From: an uncultured Gemmatimonadota bacterium
GTDB taxonomy: Bacteria; ARS69
DNA length: 64,000 nt
Direction: 5' to 3'
NCBI GenBank assembly: GCA_964471155.1
Contig: CAYYFX010000007.1
Location: forward strand, 1,346 to 65,345
How positions within the stretch are numbered: position 1 is the stretch's first letter; the number at the start of each line of letters is the position of its first letter. Position numbers and translations under genes: made by a program. Shown here in pieces: positions 47,316 through 56,713 of this stretch. Under the pieces are notes generated by a model. That model was not told where the DNA came from and made no database searches. It saw only the letters and a program-made list of their open reading frames with translations.

Positions 47316-48476
47316 CTACGCCAGGATCCTCCCGTCCCAGAGCGCGTCGAGGAAGCGCGCCCACGGCATCACGCGGATCTTCCCGTGGATCCGTTCCCGG
47401 GCCTCGTTGCACACGACGATGGCCTGCCGCGGCCGGTACTCCGCCGCGAACGCCTCGAGCGAGCGAAGGTCGCGCGAGTCCACGCGCGACGACCCCTTCA
47501 CTTCCACCGCCACCTCGCCCCGCGCCAGCACGAAGTCCACCTCCTGCCCGGCCTTCGTGCGCCAGAACTCGATGGAGTAGTGCAGTTCCCGGTACGACGC
47601 GTGCGCCTGCAGCTCCATGAACACGAAGTGCTCGAGCGCCCGTCCGAACGCCTCGCCGCGCGCGCTCGTGAGTCGCCGGTCCACCAGGGATCCGGCCACC
47701 CCCACGTCGAAGAGGTAGAACTTCGGGGCCTTCAGGATCACGTTGCGGTCCTGCCGGCGCTTGAAGGGCGGCACGAACGACCCGAGCAGCGTGTCCACGA
47801 GGATCTGGTAGTACTCCTTCACCGTCTTCGGATCCACGCCGCACTCGCGCGCGATGTTCGCGTAGTTCGTCAGCTCCCCGTGCGAGAACCCCATCGCCTC
47901 GAAGAAGCGCGAGAAGGCGGGCACGTTGCGCGTCAGCCCCTCCGCGAACACCTCCTCCTTGAGGTAGTCCTGCGCGTAGGCCCGGAGCGACCGCCGGTAG
48001 CCGTCCTCCAGGTAGTGGCTGGGGATCAGGCCGCGGTTCAGGATCTCGAGCAGCGACGGCGACGTCAGCTCCGGGTACGCCAGCGGGAAGAGCTGGTACC
48101 GCCAGGCCCGCCCCCCCAGCCGGTTCGCCTGGCCGCGCGTCAGCTTCCGCGCGCTGGAGCCGGAGAGGATGAACCGCAGGCGATGGTTCTCGATCAGCCA
48201 GTGGACCTCGTCGAGGAGCGCGGGGACCTTCTGCACCTCGTCGATCACGATGGGCCGGCGGCGCATGCCCTCGCCGGCCGCGAGGATCTGCTCCCGCAGG
48301 AGCGACGGCCGGCCCGTCAGCTCCAGGAGCCGGTCCGTCTGGAGGAGGTCGAAGCGGAGGCTGTCCGGGAACCGCTCCCGGAGATAAGTGGTCTTCCCGG
48401 TCTTCCGCGGTCCCCAGAGGAACGCGGACCGGCCTTTCGGGAGGTCGATGTCCAGGAGGCGCGGCAGCGATTCCAT
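47316..48476 (-). CDS. AAA-family ATPase (AAA_14 + DUF4143 architecture)
   Basis: Walker A FLWGPRKTGKTT, Walker B IVIDEVQ, and C-terminal ...EFWRTKAGQEVDFVLARGEVAVEVK are typical of DUF4143 ATPases. ATG 48476 (MESLPRLL) is preferred over the upstream GTG at 48488. Confidence 0.8.
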   Translation of the reverse strand: MESLPRLLDIDLPKGRSAFLWGPRKTGKTTYLRERFPDSLRFDLLQTDRLLELTGRPSLLREQILAAGEGMRRRPIVIDEVQKVPALLDEVHWLIENHRLRFILSGSSARKLTRGQANRLGGRAWRYQLFPLAYPELTSPSLLEILNRGLIPSHYLEDGYRRSLRAYAQDYLKEEVFAEGLTRNVPAFSRFFEAMGFSHGELTNYANIARECGVDPKTVKEYYQILVDTLLGSFVPPFKRRQDRNVILKAPKFYLFDVGVAGSLVDRRLTSARGEAFGRALEHFVFMELQAHASYRELHYSIEFWRTKAGQEVDFVLARGEVAVEVKGSSRVDSRDLRSLEAFAAEYRPRQAIVVCNEARERIHGKIRVMPWARFLDALWDGRILA

Positions 48477-48478
48477 TC

Positions 48479-48524
48479 GGGAGTGCACTCCATTCCGGTT
48501 GAACTAAAATGGAGTAGCACTCCC
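48479..48524. repeat. Near-perfect 16-bp inverted repeat (GGGAGTGCACTCCATT ...13 nt... AATGGAGT(A)GCACTCCC) immediately upstream of the ATPase start codon, in an AT-rich island
   Basis: Read directly from the sequence. The arms are reverse complements apart from one inserted A. The left arm contains the SD-like GGAGTG of the ATPase gene. Confidence 0.5.
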
Positions 48525-48565
48525 GATTGGTCAAGGCCCTCCGGCGCCGGGTTGGCCGACGCCGG

Positions 48566-49390
48566 TCAAACCACCGGCCGCCCGCAGTGCGGGCAGACCT
48601 CCGCGGCCGCCCCCGGCTCCGCCGCCACCACCTTCCGCCGCCGCTCGATCTCCTCCAGGAAGCCGGAGCCCAGCACGCCCACGGGCAGCGCCAGCATCAC
48701 GATCCCCACGAGCGCGAGCATGGATCCCACGAGGCGGCCCAGCGCGGTGATCGGGTAGACGTCGCCGTAGCCGATCGTGGTCACCGTGATGACGGCCCAC
48801 CACATCGCGGCGGGCACGCTGGAGAAGGCGTCCGCCTGGGCGTGGTGCTCCAGCAGGTACATCACGTTCCCGGCGAGCACCACGACGATCAGGATCACGA
48901 GGAAGCTGGCGAGCAGCTCGTGCTTCCGGTTGCGCAGGACCGCGGCCAGGATGCCGACCGCCTCGGCGAGGTTCCCGGCGCGGAACACGCGGAAGATGCG
49001 GAAGAGCCGCAGCGCGCGGACGAAGCGCAGGTCCAGGTGCGGGATGAGCATCTGCAGGTAGAAGGGCAGGATGGCGAGGATGTCCACGATCTGCATGGGC
49101 CGCCCGGCCACGGCGAGCCGGCCGCGCACCGGATGCGCCGTGGCCGGATCCGACGTGCACGACCACAACCGCAGCACGTACTCCACGGAGAACACGATCA
49201 CCGAGAACAGCTCGAAGCGGTGGAAGAAGTGCGCGTACGGCTCGCCGAGCGAGCGCACCGTCTCCAGGATCGTGGCGAGGACGTTGACCGCGATGAGCGC
49301 GAGGATGAACGTCTGGAACGTGCGACCGAGGCGGTCGGTCTCGGGCGGATCGGTGAGGATCTCGTAGACGCGCCGCTTCAGCGCCCCCAT
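48566..49390 (-). CDS. Voltage-gated-type (6TM, Kv-like) potassium channel
   Basis: S4 with Arg at every third position (RALRLFRIFRVFRAGNL). Pore helix and selectivity filter AMWWAVITVTTIGYGDVYP. 274 aa. C-terminal CPHCGRP. Confidence 0.8.
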   Translation of the reverse strand: MGALKRRVYEILTDPPETDRLGRTFQTFILALIAVNVLATILETVRSLGEPYAHFFHRFELFSVIVFSVEYVLRLWSCTSDPATAHPVRGRLAVAGRPMQIVDILAILPFYLQMLIPHLDLRFVRALRLFRIFRVFRAGNLAEAVGILAAVLRNRKHELLASFLVILIVVVLAGNVMYLLEHHAQADAFSSVPAAMWWAVITVTTIGYGDVYPITALGRLVGSMLALVGIVMLALPVGVLGSGFLEEIERRRKVVAAEPGAAAEVCPHCGRPVV

Positions 49391-49870
49391 CCCCGCTCAC
49401 CCCCGCGCCCCGGAGCGGCGCGGGGGGAGAATAGGGCAGGGCGGGATTTCGTTCCAGATCGCGGAGGTGGCCTACTCCCCGTACTGCTGGAAGTACGCCT
49501 TCACCTTGCCCCAGGACAGCGGGTCCACGTATGGAAGCGACTCAGGCCGACTTCCCCGTACCAGCAGTCGGACCAGAGGTAGAGATCACGGGCACCTCGA
49601 ACTCAGAGTCCAATAGCCTACCGCGAGCCCGGAATGACCCTCTGGCGCCGGGCTACCAGCCATCCCGATCACGGCCGCCGAGACAGGCACAGCCAACATG
49701 GTCTTCCTCCCGCGCAGATGTGAGTGTCGCGTTCCGCAACGTCGTACATCCGACCGGCAGGCGCAGCCAAGGCGGCCCCGTGGTCCGCAAACAGGAGGGG
49801 CGCGGGCGGGCCCGGGGGTGGTCGATCCCGGGTCCCGCACCGCGCCCCCTTTCGGGCGTCGGCCGTTGCG

Positions 49871-52219
49871 TCAGGCGGCGTCCGCGCTCCTGTTGTTCCC
49901 GATGACGATCCCGTGCTTCGTCATCTTCGTGTACAACGTCTGCCGCGAGATCCCCAGCGCCCGCGCCGCGCGCGACCGGTTGCCGCCGGCGGTCGCCAGC
50001 GCCTCCTCGATCGCGTCACGCTCGGACTCGGCCAGGCTGGCCTGCTCCGCCGCCCTCGCCGTGACGGCGCGCCGGATCCACTCCGGGAGCGCGTCGCACG
50101 GGATCGGGCCGCGGCCGCTCGCCAGGAACGCCGCGCTCTCCGCGAGGTTGCGGAGCTCGCGCACGTTGCCGGGCCAGTCGTGGGCTTCCAGGATCTCCCG
50201 CGCCGCCGCCGAGGCCGGCCGCCCCGCGAACGTCTCGAAGAGCAGCGCCACGTCCTCCGGCCGCTCCTTCAGGGCCGGGATGCGGATCTCGAACCCGCGC
50301 AGGCGGTACACGAGATCCGGCAGGAACGTGCCCTCGCGCACCAGCTCGTCCAGGTCCCGGTTCGTGGCGGCCACGATGCGCACGCCGACGTGGATGGCCT
50401 CCACGCCGCCGACGCGCCGCACCTCCCCGGTGTCCAGGACGCGCAGGAGCTTCGCCTGCAACGAGAGCGGCGCCTTCCCGATCTCGTCCAGGAAGACGGT
50501 GCCGCCCGCCGCCGCCTCGAAGATGCCGGCGCGCCGGCTCGCCGCGCCGGTGAACGCGCCCTTCTCGTGCCCGAACAGCTCGGACTCGAGCAGCGTCTCC
50601 GAGAGCGCCGCGCAGTTCACGGCCAGGCACGGACGCTGCGCCCGCGCGCTCGCCCGGTGGATGGCCTTCGCGAACAGCTCCTTGCCGGTCCCGGTGTCGC
50701 CCAGGACGAGCACGGGCAGGTCCGACCGCGCGATGCGCCGCGCCCGGCCGATGGCGGTCTCCATCGCCGCGGACACGGTCACGAGTTCCGCGAAGGGATC
50801 CGCGCCCGGCGCCGTCGCAACAGCCACGGCCGACCCGCCGGAGCGCGCCAGCTCGTCCTCGGCACGGGCCGCGTCGCGCGACGCGCCCAGCGCACGGAAC
50901 GCCGCCGCCGCCTCGCGGATCTCCGTCTCGCCCCGCGCCATCTCCCCCGCGTCCTGCCGCAGCGCGCCGAGCACGGCCAGGCTCCGGCCGGTCTCGTACG
51001 GCATGCGCAGCTCGCGGAAGACGGCCACGGACTTCTCCAGCGCGGCCACGGCCTCGACGCCGCGGTCCCGCCGCGCGAGGAACTCGCCCTGCGCCCGCAG
51101 CGCCAGCCCCTCCACCCCACGGAACTCGCGCGCCGCGGCGATGCGCAGCGCGGTCTCCAGCAGGTCGCGCACGCGACCGTCCGGATCGCCCAGCGCATCC
51201 TCCGCCCGCGCGAGCCGCACGAGCAGATCCGCCACCGGCTCGCTCTCGGCGGACGCCTTGCGGGCCCGCGCGAGCGCGTCCAGCAGCGTGGTGCGCGCCC
51301 GCGACCACTCGCCGCGGACGATGCTGCACTCGGCCAGGAGCTGGTCGATCACGACGAGATCGTGATCGTGCCCGTTCGCGGCCGCGTGCGTGCGCGCCTC
51401 GGCCAGCGCCGCGCGCGGATCCTGCCCGCGCACGAGGTCCAGCCGCGCCTTCGCGATGCGCACCGTGGACGCCAGCCACGCGTCCGCCACGCGCTCCGCC
51501 ACCTCGGCGCAGCGGTCCAGGAGCGCCGTGGCCTCGGTCCACTCGCCGGCGTGGTACTCGTCCACCGCCAGCGCGAACAGCTCGCGCGCGAGGTGCACAT
51601 CCTTGCCGAGCGCCTCGTGGATCTCCACGGCGCGCCGGTGGTACGTGCGGGCCTCGTGGTAGCGCCCGGACAGCCAGAGCAGGCTGCCGAGGTTCGCGGA
51701 CGCGAGCGCCGCCTCGTGCCGGTCGTCGGCGCGCCGCGCCGCCGCCAGGGCGTCCAGGTAGCTCTCGCGCGCGTCGTCGATGCGACCGAGCTGCCGGTGC
51801 GCGTGGCCGCGCACGGCCAGCGCCCGCGCCACGCGGGAGTGCGCGTCCGTTCCGCGCAGCAGCTCCCACGCCTCGCCGGCCGCCGCCGCGGCATCCGCCG
51901 CCCGGCCGCGATACAGCGCGAGCCGCGCGTGCACGGTGCGAAGCGCACCGCGCGTCACCGGCTCGACTTCCGTCAGATCTCTGGTCTCGAGGGACTCGAG
52001 CGCGGCCTCGGCCGCCGGGAGCTCGCCGAGCTCCAGGAAGCACTCCGCCGCGCGCAGGCGGACGTCGAGTTCCTCCGCGAGCTGCACGTCGTCCCCGCGG
52101 ACGGCGAGCGCTGCGGAATAGGCGTCCACCGCGTCCCGGAACCGCCCCGCCTCCCGCGCGGCATCCCCCCGCCGCACGGTCTCGCGGAAGCGTTCGAAGG
52201 AAGCGGGCATCCAGGTCAT
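49871..52219 (-). CDS. Sigma-54-dependent transcriptional activator with a large N-terminal TPR-like sensory/scaffold domain, AAA+ sigma-54 interaction domain and Fis-type HTH
   Basis: Walker A VLVLGDTGTGKE. GAFTGA motif (GHEKGAFTGA). Arginine finger region. C-terminal HTH (NRSRAARALGISRQTLYTKM). The N-terminal ~430 aa are rich in TPR-like pairs. Confidence 0.8.
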   Translation of the reverse strand: MTWMPASFERFRETVRRGDAAREAGRFRDAVDAYSAALAVRGDDVQLAEELDVRLRAAECFLELGELPAAEAALESLETRDLTEVEPVTRGALRTVHARLALYRGRAADAAAAAGEAWELLRGTDAHSRVARALAVRGHAHRQLGRIDDARESYLDALAAARRADDRHEAALASANLGSLLWLSGRYHEARTYHRRAVEIHEALGKDVHLARELFALAVDEYHAGEWTEATALLDRCAEVAERVADAWLASTVRIAKARLDLVRGQDPRAALAEARTHAAANGHDHDLVVIDQLLAECSIVRGEWSRARTTLLDALARARKASAESEPVADLLVRLARAEDALGDPDGRVRDLLETALRIAAAREFRGVEGLALRAQGEFLARRDRGVEAVAALEKSVAVFRELRMPYETGRSLAVLGALRQDAGEMARGETEIREAAAAFRALGASRDAARAEDELARSGGSAVAVATAPGADPFAELVTVSAAMETAIGRARRIARSDLPVLVLGDTGTGKELFAKAIHRASARAQRPCLAVNCAALSETLLESELFGHEKGAFTGAASRRAGIFEAAAGGTVFLDEIGKAPLSLQAKLLRVLDTGEVRRVGGVEAIHVGVRIVAATNRDLDELVREGTFLPDLVYRLRGFEIRIPALKERPEDVALLFETFAGRPASAAAREILEAHDWPGNVRELRNLAESAAFLASGRGPIPCDALPEWIRRAVTARAAEQASLAESERDAIEEALATAGGNRSRAARALGISRQTLYTKMTKHGIVIGNNRSADAA

Positions 52220-52518
52220 CGCGCGCCTCCCGTCAGGAACGCCAGGAGGTAGCGCAGCACGATGCGGGTCCAGCGCTCGCTGCGGTTGACGGGCTGCCGC
52301 TCGCCGGCCTTGTCGGCCTCGGGCGCGGCTTGGTTGGTCTGGACCGTGGCGTTCCGATCCGGCGGACCCACGTCGGGCCGCCAGGGATCCGATTCCCAGT
52401 AGTCGAAGGAGGGATTCACGGGGCGAATGGGATCATCCGCGGCCCGGACCGCTGCGGGCAGGAGGAACACGACGGCCGCCGCGAGGGACGCGGCGGAACG
52501 ACCGATTCTGGGCTTCAT
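52216..52518 (-). CDS. Small (100-aa) exported protein translationally coupled (ATGA) to the sigma-54 activator
   Basis: MKPRIGRSAASLAAAVVFLLPAAVRAADD is a signal peptide. ATG preceded by GAGGTGG. No family recognised. The rest of the 546-aa track ORF is a shadow of mgtE. Confidence 0.45.
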   Translation of the reverse strand: MKPRIGRSAASLAAAVVFLLPAAVRAADDPIRPVNPSFDYWESDPWRPDVGPPDRNATVQTNQAAPEADKAGERQPVNRSERWTRIVLRYLLAFLTGGAR

Positions 52519-52931
52519 TTCGACCACCTCACGGGTAAAGAGTGACGCACCCCCACTATCCCCCCCCGAGCCGGCCTCCGCGAGGGCCGATCCGGGAGAA
52601 GGTGGGGGGGCCGCAACGGGCGTACGACTGTGGAGCCGGCGGCTGGGCCGCGGCAGGCCCCGCCGGTCGCGCAGTCGATGGAGGTCGCGGCGGCGGCCCC
52701 GCGGGGTTCCCTCCGGCGGCTCTGCGGCGCGGCCGGAGGCCTGGAGGGCCGGAGGTCGTCGACGCAGGAGCGATGGCCTCCGCCCGGACGGCGGAGGCCG
52801 AGCGCCCGCCGGGGGCAACCCCGCGGGGTCGCCGCCGCAACCTCCCATCGACCGCGCGACCGGCGGGGCCTGCCGCGGCCCAGCCGCCGGCTCCACCGGT
52901 AGCCGCCCCTCGCGCGCTCGCGCGGCTCCTC

Positions 52932-54281
52932 TCAGCCCTGGCGGTACACGGCACTCGCCATCGTGAGGTAGATGAGGATGCCCACGATGTCGTTGGAGGT
53001 GGTCACGAAGGGGCCGGTCGCAAGCGCCGGGTCCACGTTCAGGCGATTCAGGACCAGGGGAACGAGGGCACCGACGCTGGTCGCCACGAACACGACGCAC
53101 AGCATCGCGCCGGCGACCACCGTTCCCAGCCGCATGTCGCCGCGCCACGCCCACGCGACCAGGAAGATCAGCGAGGCGCACACGATCCCGGTGACGATCG
53201 ACACGCCGACCTCGCGAAGGAGCCGCCCCGCGGCGTCCGACGCCGTCACCTCGCCGGTGGCGAGGCCGCGGACCATCACGGCGCTGGACTGGATCGCGAC
53301 GTTGCCGCCCATGGCGGTGATGACCGGGACGAAGAACGCCAGCGTGATCAGCGCGCTCAGGTCCGCCTCGAAGCGCGACAGCACGAGCGCGGAGAGGATG
53401 CCGCCGCCGAGTCCGGTCACGAGCCACGGCAGCCGGATGGCCGCCTTGCGGAAGATGCCCTCCTCGGTCACGTCCTCGTCGCCCGTGCCGGCGAGCAGCG
53501 AGTAGTCCTCCCCCGCCTCCTCGTGGATCACGTCCACGATGTCGTCCACGGTGATCCGCCCGAGTAGCACGCCGATCGCGTCCACCACCGGGACGCTCAG
53601 CACGTCGTATTTCTCGAAGAGCTGCGCCACCTCCTCCTGATCGGTCTCCGCGAGCACGGGGTGCGTGTCCGGATCCATGAGCGAGGTCACCGGCGCATCC
53701 GGCCGCGCCAGGATGAGCCGCGCCACCGGGATCTTGCCCACGAGCCTGCGGTCCTTCGTGGTCACGAAGACCTCGTGGAAGTCCTCCTCGAAGTCCCCGT
53801 ACGCCTCGCGGATCTTCTCGATGGCGCGCGCGGCGGTGCGGTCCTCGCGGACCCACACCACCTCCAGCTGCATGATGCCGCCGGCGGAGTCCTCCGGGTA
53901 CGAGAGGAGCTTCGTGACCTCGCGCCGCTCCTCCTCCGGGAGGAGATCCACGACCTCCACGACCTTCTCGTCCGCCAGCTCCGCCAGCATGTCCGCGGCG
54001 TCGTCGGAGGCCATCTCCTCCACCGCGCCGGCGATCTCGCGCGGGGTGAGCTGCTCCAGCACGTGCTCGCGGACGTCGTCGTCCAGGCGCGGGAGAATCT
54101 CGCCCGCCTGCTCCTCGGACAGGCGCTTGAGCAGCGCGACGACCTCGTCCTCCTCGAGGTACCCGGCGGCGTCGGCGATGTCGGCGGGAAGCACGCCCTC
54201 GAGCGCGCGCGGCAGGACGGCCGCGTCGGCGCTCCTCAGGGCGGCGGCAAGCTCGAGCGCCAACTCCTCGGCCCGGACCAT
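52932..54281 (-). CDS. mgtE: Magnesium transporter MgtE
   Basis: N-terminal MgtE_N helical domain, tandem CBS domains (...VFVTTKDRRLVGKIPVARLIL...VLSVPVVDAIGVLLGRITVDDI...), C-terminal 5-TM MgtE channel domain (...FFVPVITAMGGNVAIQS...). ATG preceded by GGAGGGGAG. Confidence 0.85.
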   Translation of the reverse strand: MVRAEELALELAAALRSADAAVLPRALEGVLPADIADAAGYLEEDEVVALLKRLSEEQAGEILPRLDDDVREHVLEQLTPREIAGAVEEMASDDAADMLAELADEKVVEVVDLLPEEERREVTKLLSYPEDSAGGIMQLEVVWVREDRTAARAIEKIREAYGDFEEDFHEVFVTTKDRRLVGKIPVARLILARPDAPVTSLMDPDTHPVLAETDQEEVAQLFEKYDVLSVPVVDAIGVLLGRITVDDIVDVIHEEAGEDYSLLAGTGDEDVTEEGIFRKAAIRLPWLVTGLGGGILSALVLSRFEADLSALITLAFFVPVITAMGGNVAIQSSAVMVRGLATGEVTASDAAGRLLREVGVSIVTGIVCASLIFLVAWAWRGDMRLGTVVAGAMLCVVFVATSVGALVPLVLNRLNVDPALATGPFVTTSNDIVGILIYLTMASAVYRQG

Positions 54282-54312
54282 GCTCCCCTCCGGGGCCGAG
54301 GGGACGCGGACG

Positions 54313-54966
54313 TCAGTCCGCGACTTCGGCCGCAGCGCTCCGTACGGTGGACGTTCCCGCGGGTCCCCGCGGGACCCCCCAGTTCCCTCCGACGGGGGCG
54401 ACCGCACCGCCGGAGATCACCAATTTCAACCCATCCTCCACGGACATGTCGAGGTCGATCAGGTCCTCCTCGGGAACGAACAGAAGGTACCCCGACGTGG
54501 GGTTCGGCGTGGTGGGCAGGAACACGTGGCAGTGCGGCCGTCCCGGGAACCACGGACCCTCGTGCCGGCCGGTCACGAAGCCCATGGACCACACCCCCCG
54601 CCGCGGCCACTCGAACAGGACGACCCGCTGGAACAGGTTCTTCTGCGACCCGATCACCGAGTCGCCGATCTGCTTCACCGCGATGTAGATCCGGCTGGCC
54701 AGCGGAACCCTCTGGAACAGCTTCTCCAGCACGGCCAGGAACTGCCGCCCGATCACGTTCGACGCGAACGCGCCCACCGCCAGCACGAGCAGGATGGTGG
54801 TGACGAAACCGACGCCGGGGATCTCGAACCCGAACGCCCGCGTGAACACGGGACGCAGCCAGCCGTCCACGGTGCGGAAGATCTTCAGCAGGAGCCACGC
54901 CGTGATCGTGACGGGCGCGAGCGCGAGGATGCCCGCGAGGAAGTAGCGCCGGAGCCCCCCGAACAT
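54313..54966 (-). CDS. DUF502-family membrane protein
   Basis: Two N-terminal TM helices and the conserved core (ASRIYIAVKQIGDSVIGSQKNLFQRVVLFEWPRRGVWSMGFVTG) typical of DUF502/PF04367. Last gene of the phoH-ybeY-corC operon. Confidence 0.75.
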   Translation of the reverse strand: MFGGLRRYFLAGILALAPVTITAWLLLKIFRTVDGWLRPVFTRAFGFEIPGVGFVTTILLVLAVGAFASNVIGRQFLAVLEKLFQRVPLASRIYIAVKQIGDSVIGSQKNLFQRVVLFEWPRRGVWSMGFVTGRHEGPWFPGRPHCHVFLPTTPNPTSGYLLFVPEEDLIDLDMSVEDGLKLVISGGAVAPVGGNWGVPRGPAGTSTVRSAAAEVAD

Positions 54967-56226
54967 CTAGGCGCGCGCCTCCTCGGCCTTCTGGATCCGG
55001 ACCCGGATGATGCGCTGGCGGTGGACGCGGTCGATCACGAACCGGAGCCCCTGGTACTCCACCGTCTCGCCCTGCGAGGGCACCTTCCCCACCAGCTCGT
55101 AGATGAACCCGCCGAGGGTATCACTGTTCTCGGTGGGGAGCTGCAGGTTCATCTCCTCGTTCAGGTCGTCGATGTCCATCTTCCCGGCCACGCGGTAGGA
55201 GCCGTCCGCCAGCGCCTCCAGCAGCGGCTCGGCGTGGTCGTACTCGTCCTCGATCTCGCCGACGATCTCCTCCAGCACGTCCTCCAGCGTGACCATGCCC
55301 GCGGTGCCGCCGTACTCGTCCACCACGATGGCCAGGTGCGTGCGCTTCTCCTGGAACTCGTGCAGCAGCTCGTCGATCTTCTTCGTCTCCGGCACGAACA
55401 TCACCGGGCGCACGAACTCGCGGATGGGCGTGTCGTCGCCGTCCACGCGGCCGTCCCGCACGAGCTCCTTCACGTGCACCGCGCCGAGGATCCGGTCCAC
55501 CGATCCCTCGTACACCGGGATGCGCGAGTGGCCGTGCTCCGCGATGAGCCGGAGCACCTCGCGGCGCGGCGTCTCCGCGTCGGCCATGATGACGTCGATG
55601 CGCGGCACCATGACCTCGCGCGTGGTTGTGCCGCCGAACTCGAAGATGCTGTGCAGGATCTCGCGCTTCTCGTCCTGCAGCCGCGGCGCCTCGTCGTCGT
55701 CCTCGGCCACGGCCTTGAACTCCTCCGCGGCCAGCAGCTCCTCCGCCGCGTCGTCCGACACGCGCGCCATCAGCTTCCGCACGAGCCAGCCGAGGGGCCG
55801 GAACACCACGTCCACCGCGCCGAACACGTCCACCAGCGCGACGGCGGAGGCCTCCGGCCGCGCCGCCGCCGCCGCCCGCGGCAGCGACCGCGCCAGCACC
55901 GCGAGCACGAGCCCGCCCAGCACGCCCGGACCGACGATGTCCGAGAGTCCCACGGTCTTCCCGCCGGAGACCAGTGCCAGCAGGCACAGGATGGCGCCGG
56001 CGTAGAACACGCCGGTGGAGAGCGTGGTGGTGAGGATGACCCGGTGCGGGTTCCGCACGAACTCCAGGATGCGCTCGCCGCGGCCGTTCTGCCGCTCGCC
56101 GAGCCGGCGCAGCTGCGCCTCCGTCAGCGACAGGAACACCTGCTCGGCCGCGGACACCGCGGCCAGCAGCACGACGAACACGAGCAGCCCGAGGGCGGCG
56201 AGGACCACCGAGGACGCCGGCATCAT
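54967..56226 (-). CDS. corC: HlyC/CorC-family transporter (DUF21/CNNM membrane domain + CBS pair + CorC_HlyC)
   Basis: N-terminal 4-TM DUF21. CBS pair (TTREVMVPRIDVIM...GHSRIPVYEGSVDRILGAVHVKELV, THLAIVVDEYGGTAGMVTLEDVLEEIVGEIEDE). C-terminal transporter-associated domain. The start overlaps the ybeY stop (ATGA). Confidence 0.85.
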   Translation of the reverse strand: MMPASSVVLAALGLLVFVVLLAAVSAAEQVFLSLTEAQLRRLGERQNGRGERILEFVRNPHRVILTTTLSTGVFYAGAILCLLALVSGGKTVGLSDIVGPGVLGGLVLAVLARSLPRAAAAARPEASAVALVDVFGAVDVVFRPLGWLVRKLMARVSDDAAEELLAAEEFKAVAEDDDEAPRLQDEKREILHSIFEFGGTTTREVMVPRIDVIMADAETPRREVLRLIAEHGHSRIPVYEGSVDRILGAVHVKELVRDGRVDGDDTPIREFVRPVMFVPETKKIDELLHEFQEKRTHLAIVVDEYGGTAGMVTLEDVLEEIVGEIEDEYDHAEPLLEALADGSYRVAGKMDIDDLNEEMNLQLPTENSDTLGGFIYELVGKVPSQGETVEYQGLRFVIDRVHRQRIIRVRIQKAEEARA

Positions 56227-56690
56227 CGCGCCGACCTCCTGAAGTAGCGCCGCACGTACCGCTCCTGCCGCGCCAGCATCGCCCGGCGCTTCGGCGCCGT
56301 GTCATGATCCCAGCCCAGCACGTGCAGCGTGCCGTGCACGGACAGGCGCGCCACCTCCTCGGGCAGCGCGCAGCCGGCTTCCCGCGCCTGCTTCGCGGCC
56401 ACCGCGGGGGACACGAACACCTCCCCGAGCAATCCGCCGGTGTGCTCGTCCCCCACGTACGAGAACGACAGGACGTCCGTGGTGGAGTCCTTGCCGCGGT
56501 AGTCGCGGTTCATGCGGCGCATCGTGCCGTCGGAGACGAGCGCGAGGGACAGGCCGCCGTCCGGCGCCCTCTCCCCCTCCAGGGTGGCCGCGAGCACGGC
56601 CGCGAGCCGGCGCCGGTCGATGCCGAGCGCCTTCTTCAGGCCGCGGATCGCAACCTCGCGACTTGGGGGGTCGAGCGATTCGTCGGGCAT
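56223..56690 (-). CDS. ybeY: Endoribonuclease YbeY (rRNA maturation factor)
   Basis: 155 aa with the zinc-binding HGTLHVLGWDH motif near the C-terminus. Confidence 0.85.
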   Translation of the reverse strand: MPDESLDPPSREVAIRGLKKALGIDRRRLAAVLAATLEGERAPDGGLSLALVSDGTMRRMNRDYRGKDSTTDVLSFSYVGDEHTGGLLGEVFVSPAVAAKQAREAGCALPEEVARLSVHGTLHVLGWDHDTAPKRRAMLARQERYVRRYFRRSAR

Positions 56691-56713
56691 GACCTTCCGT
56701 TTCCCGGACGTGC

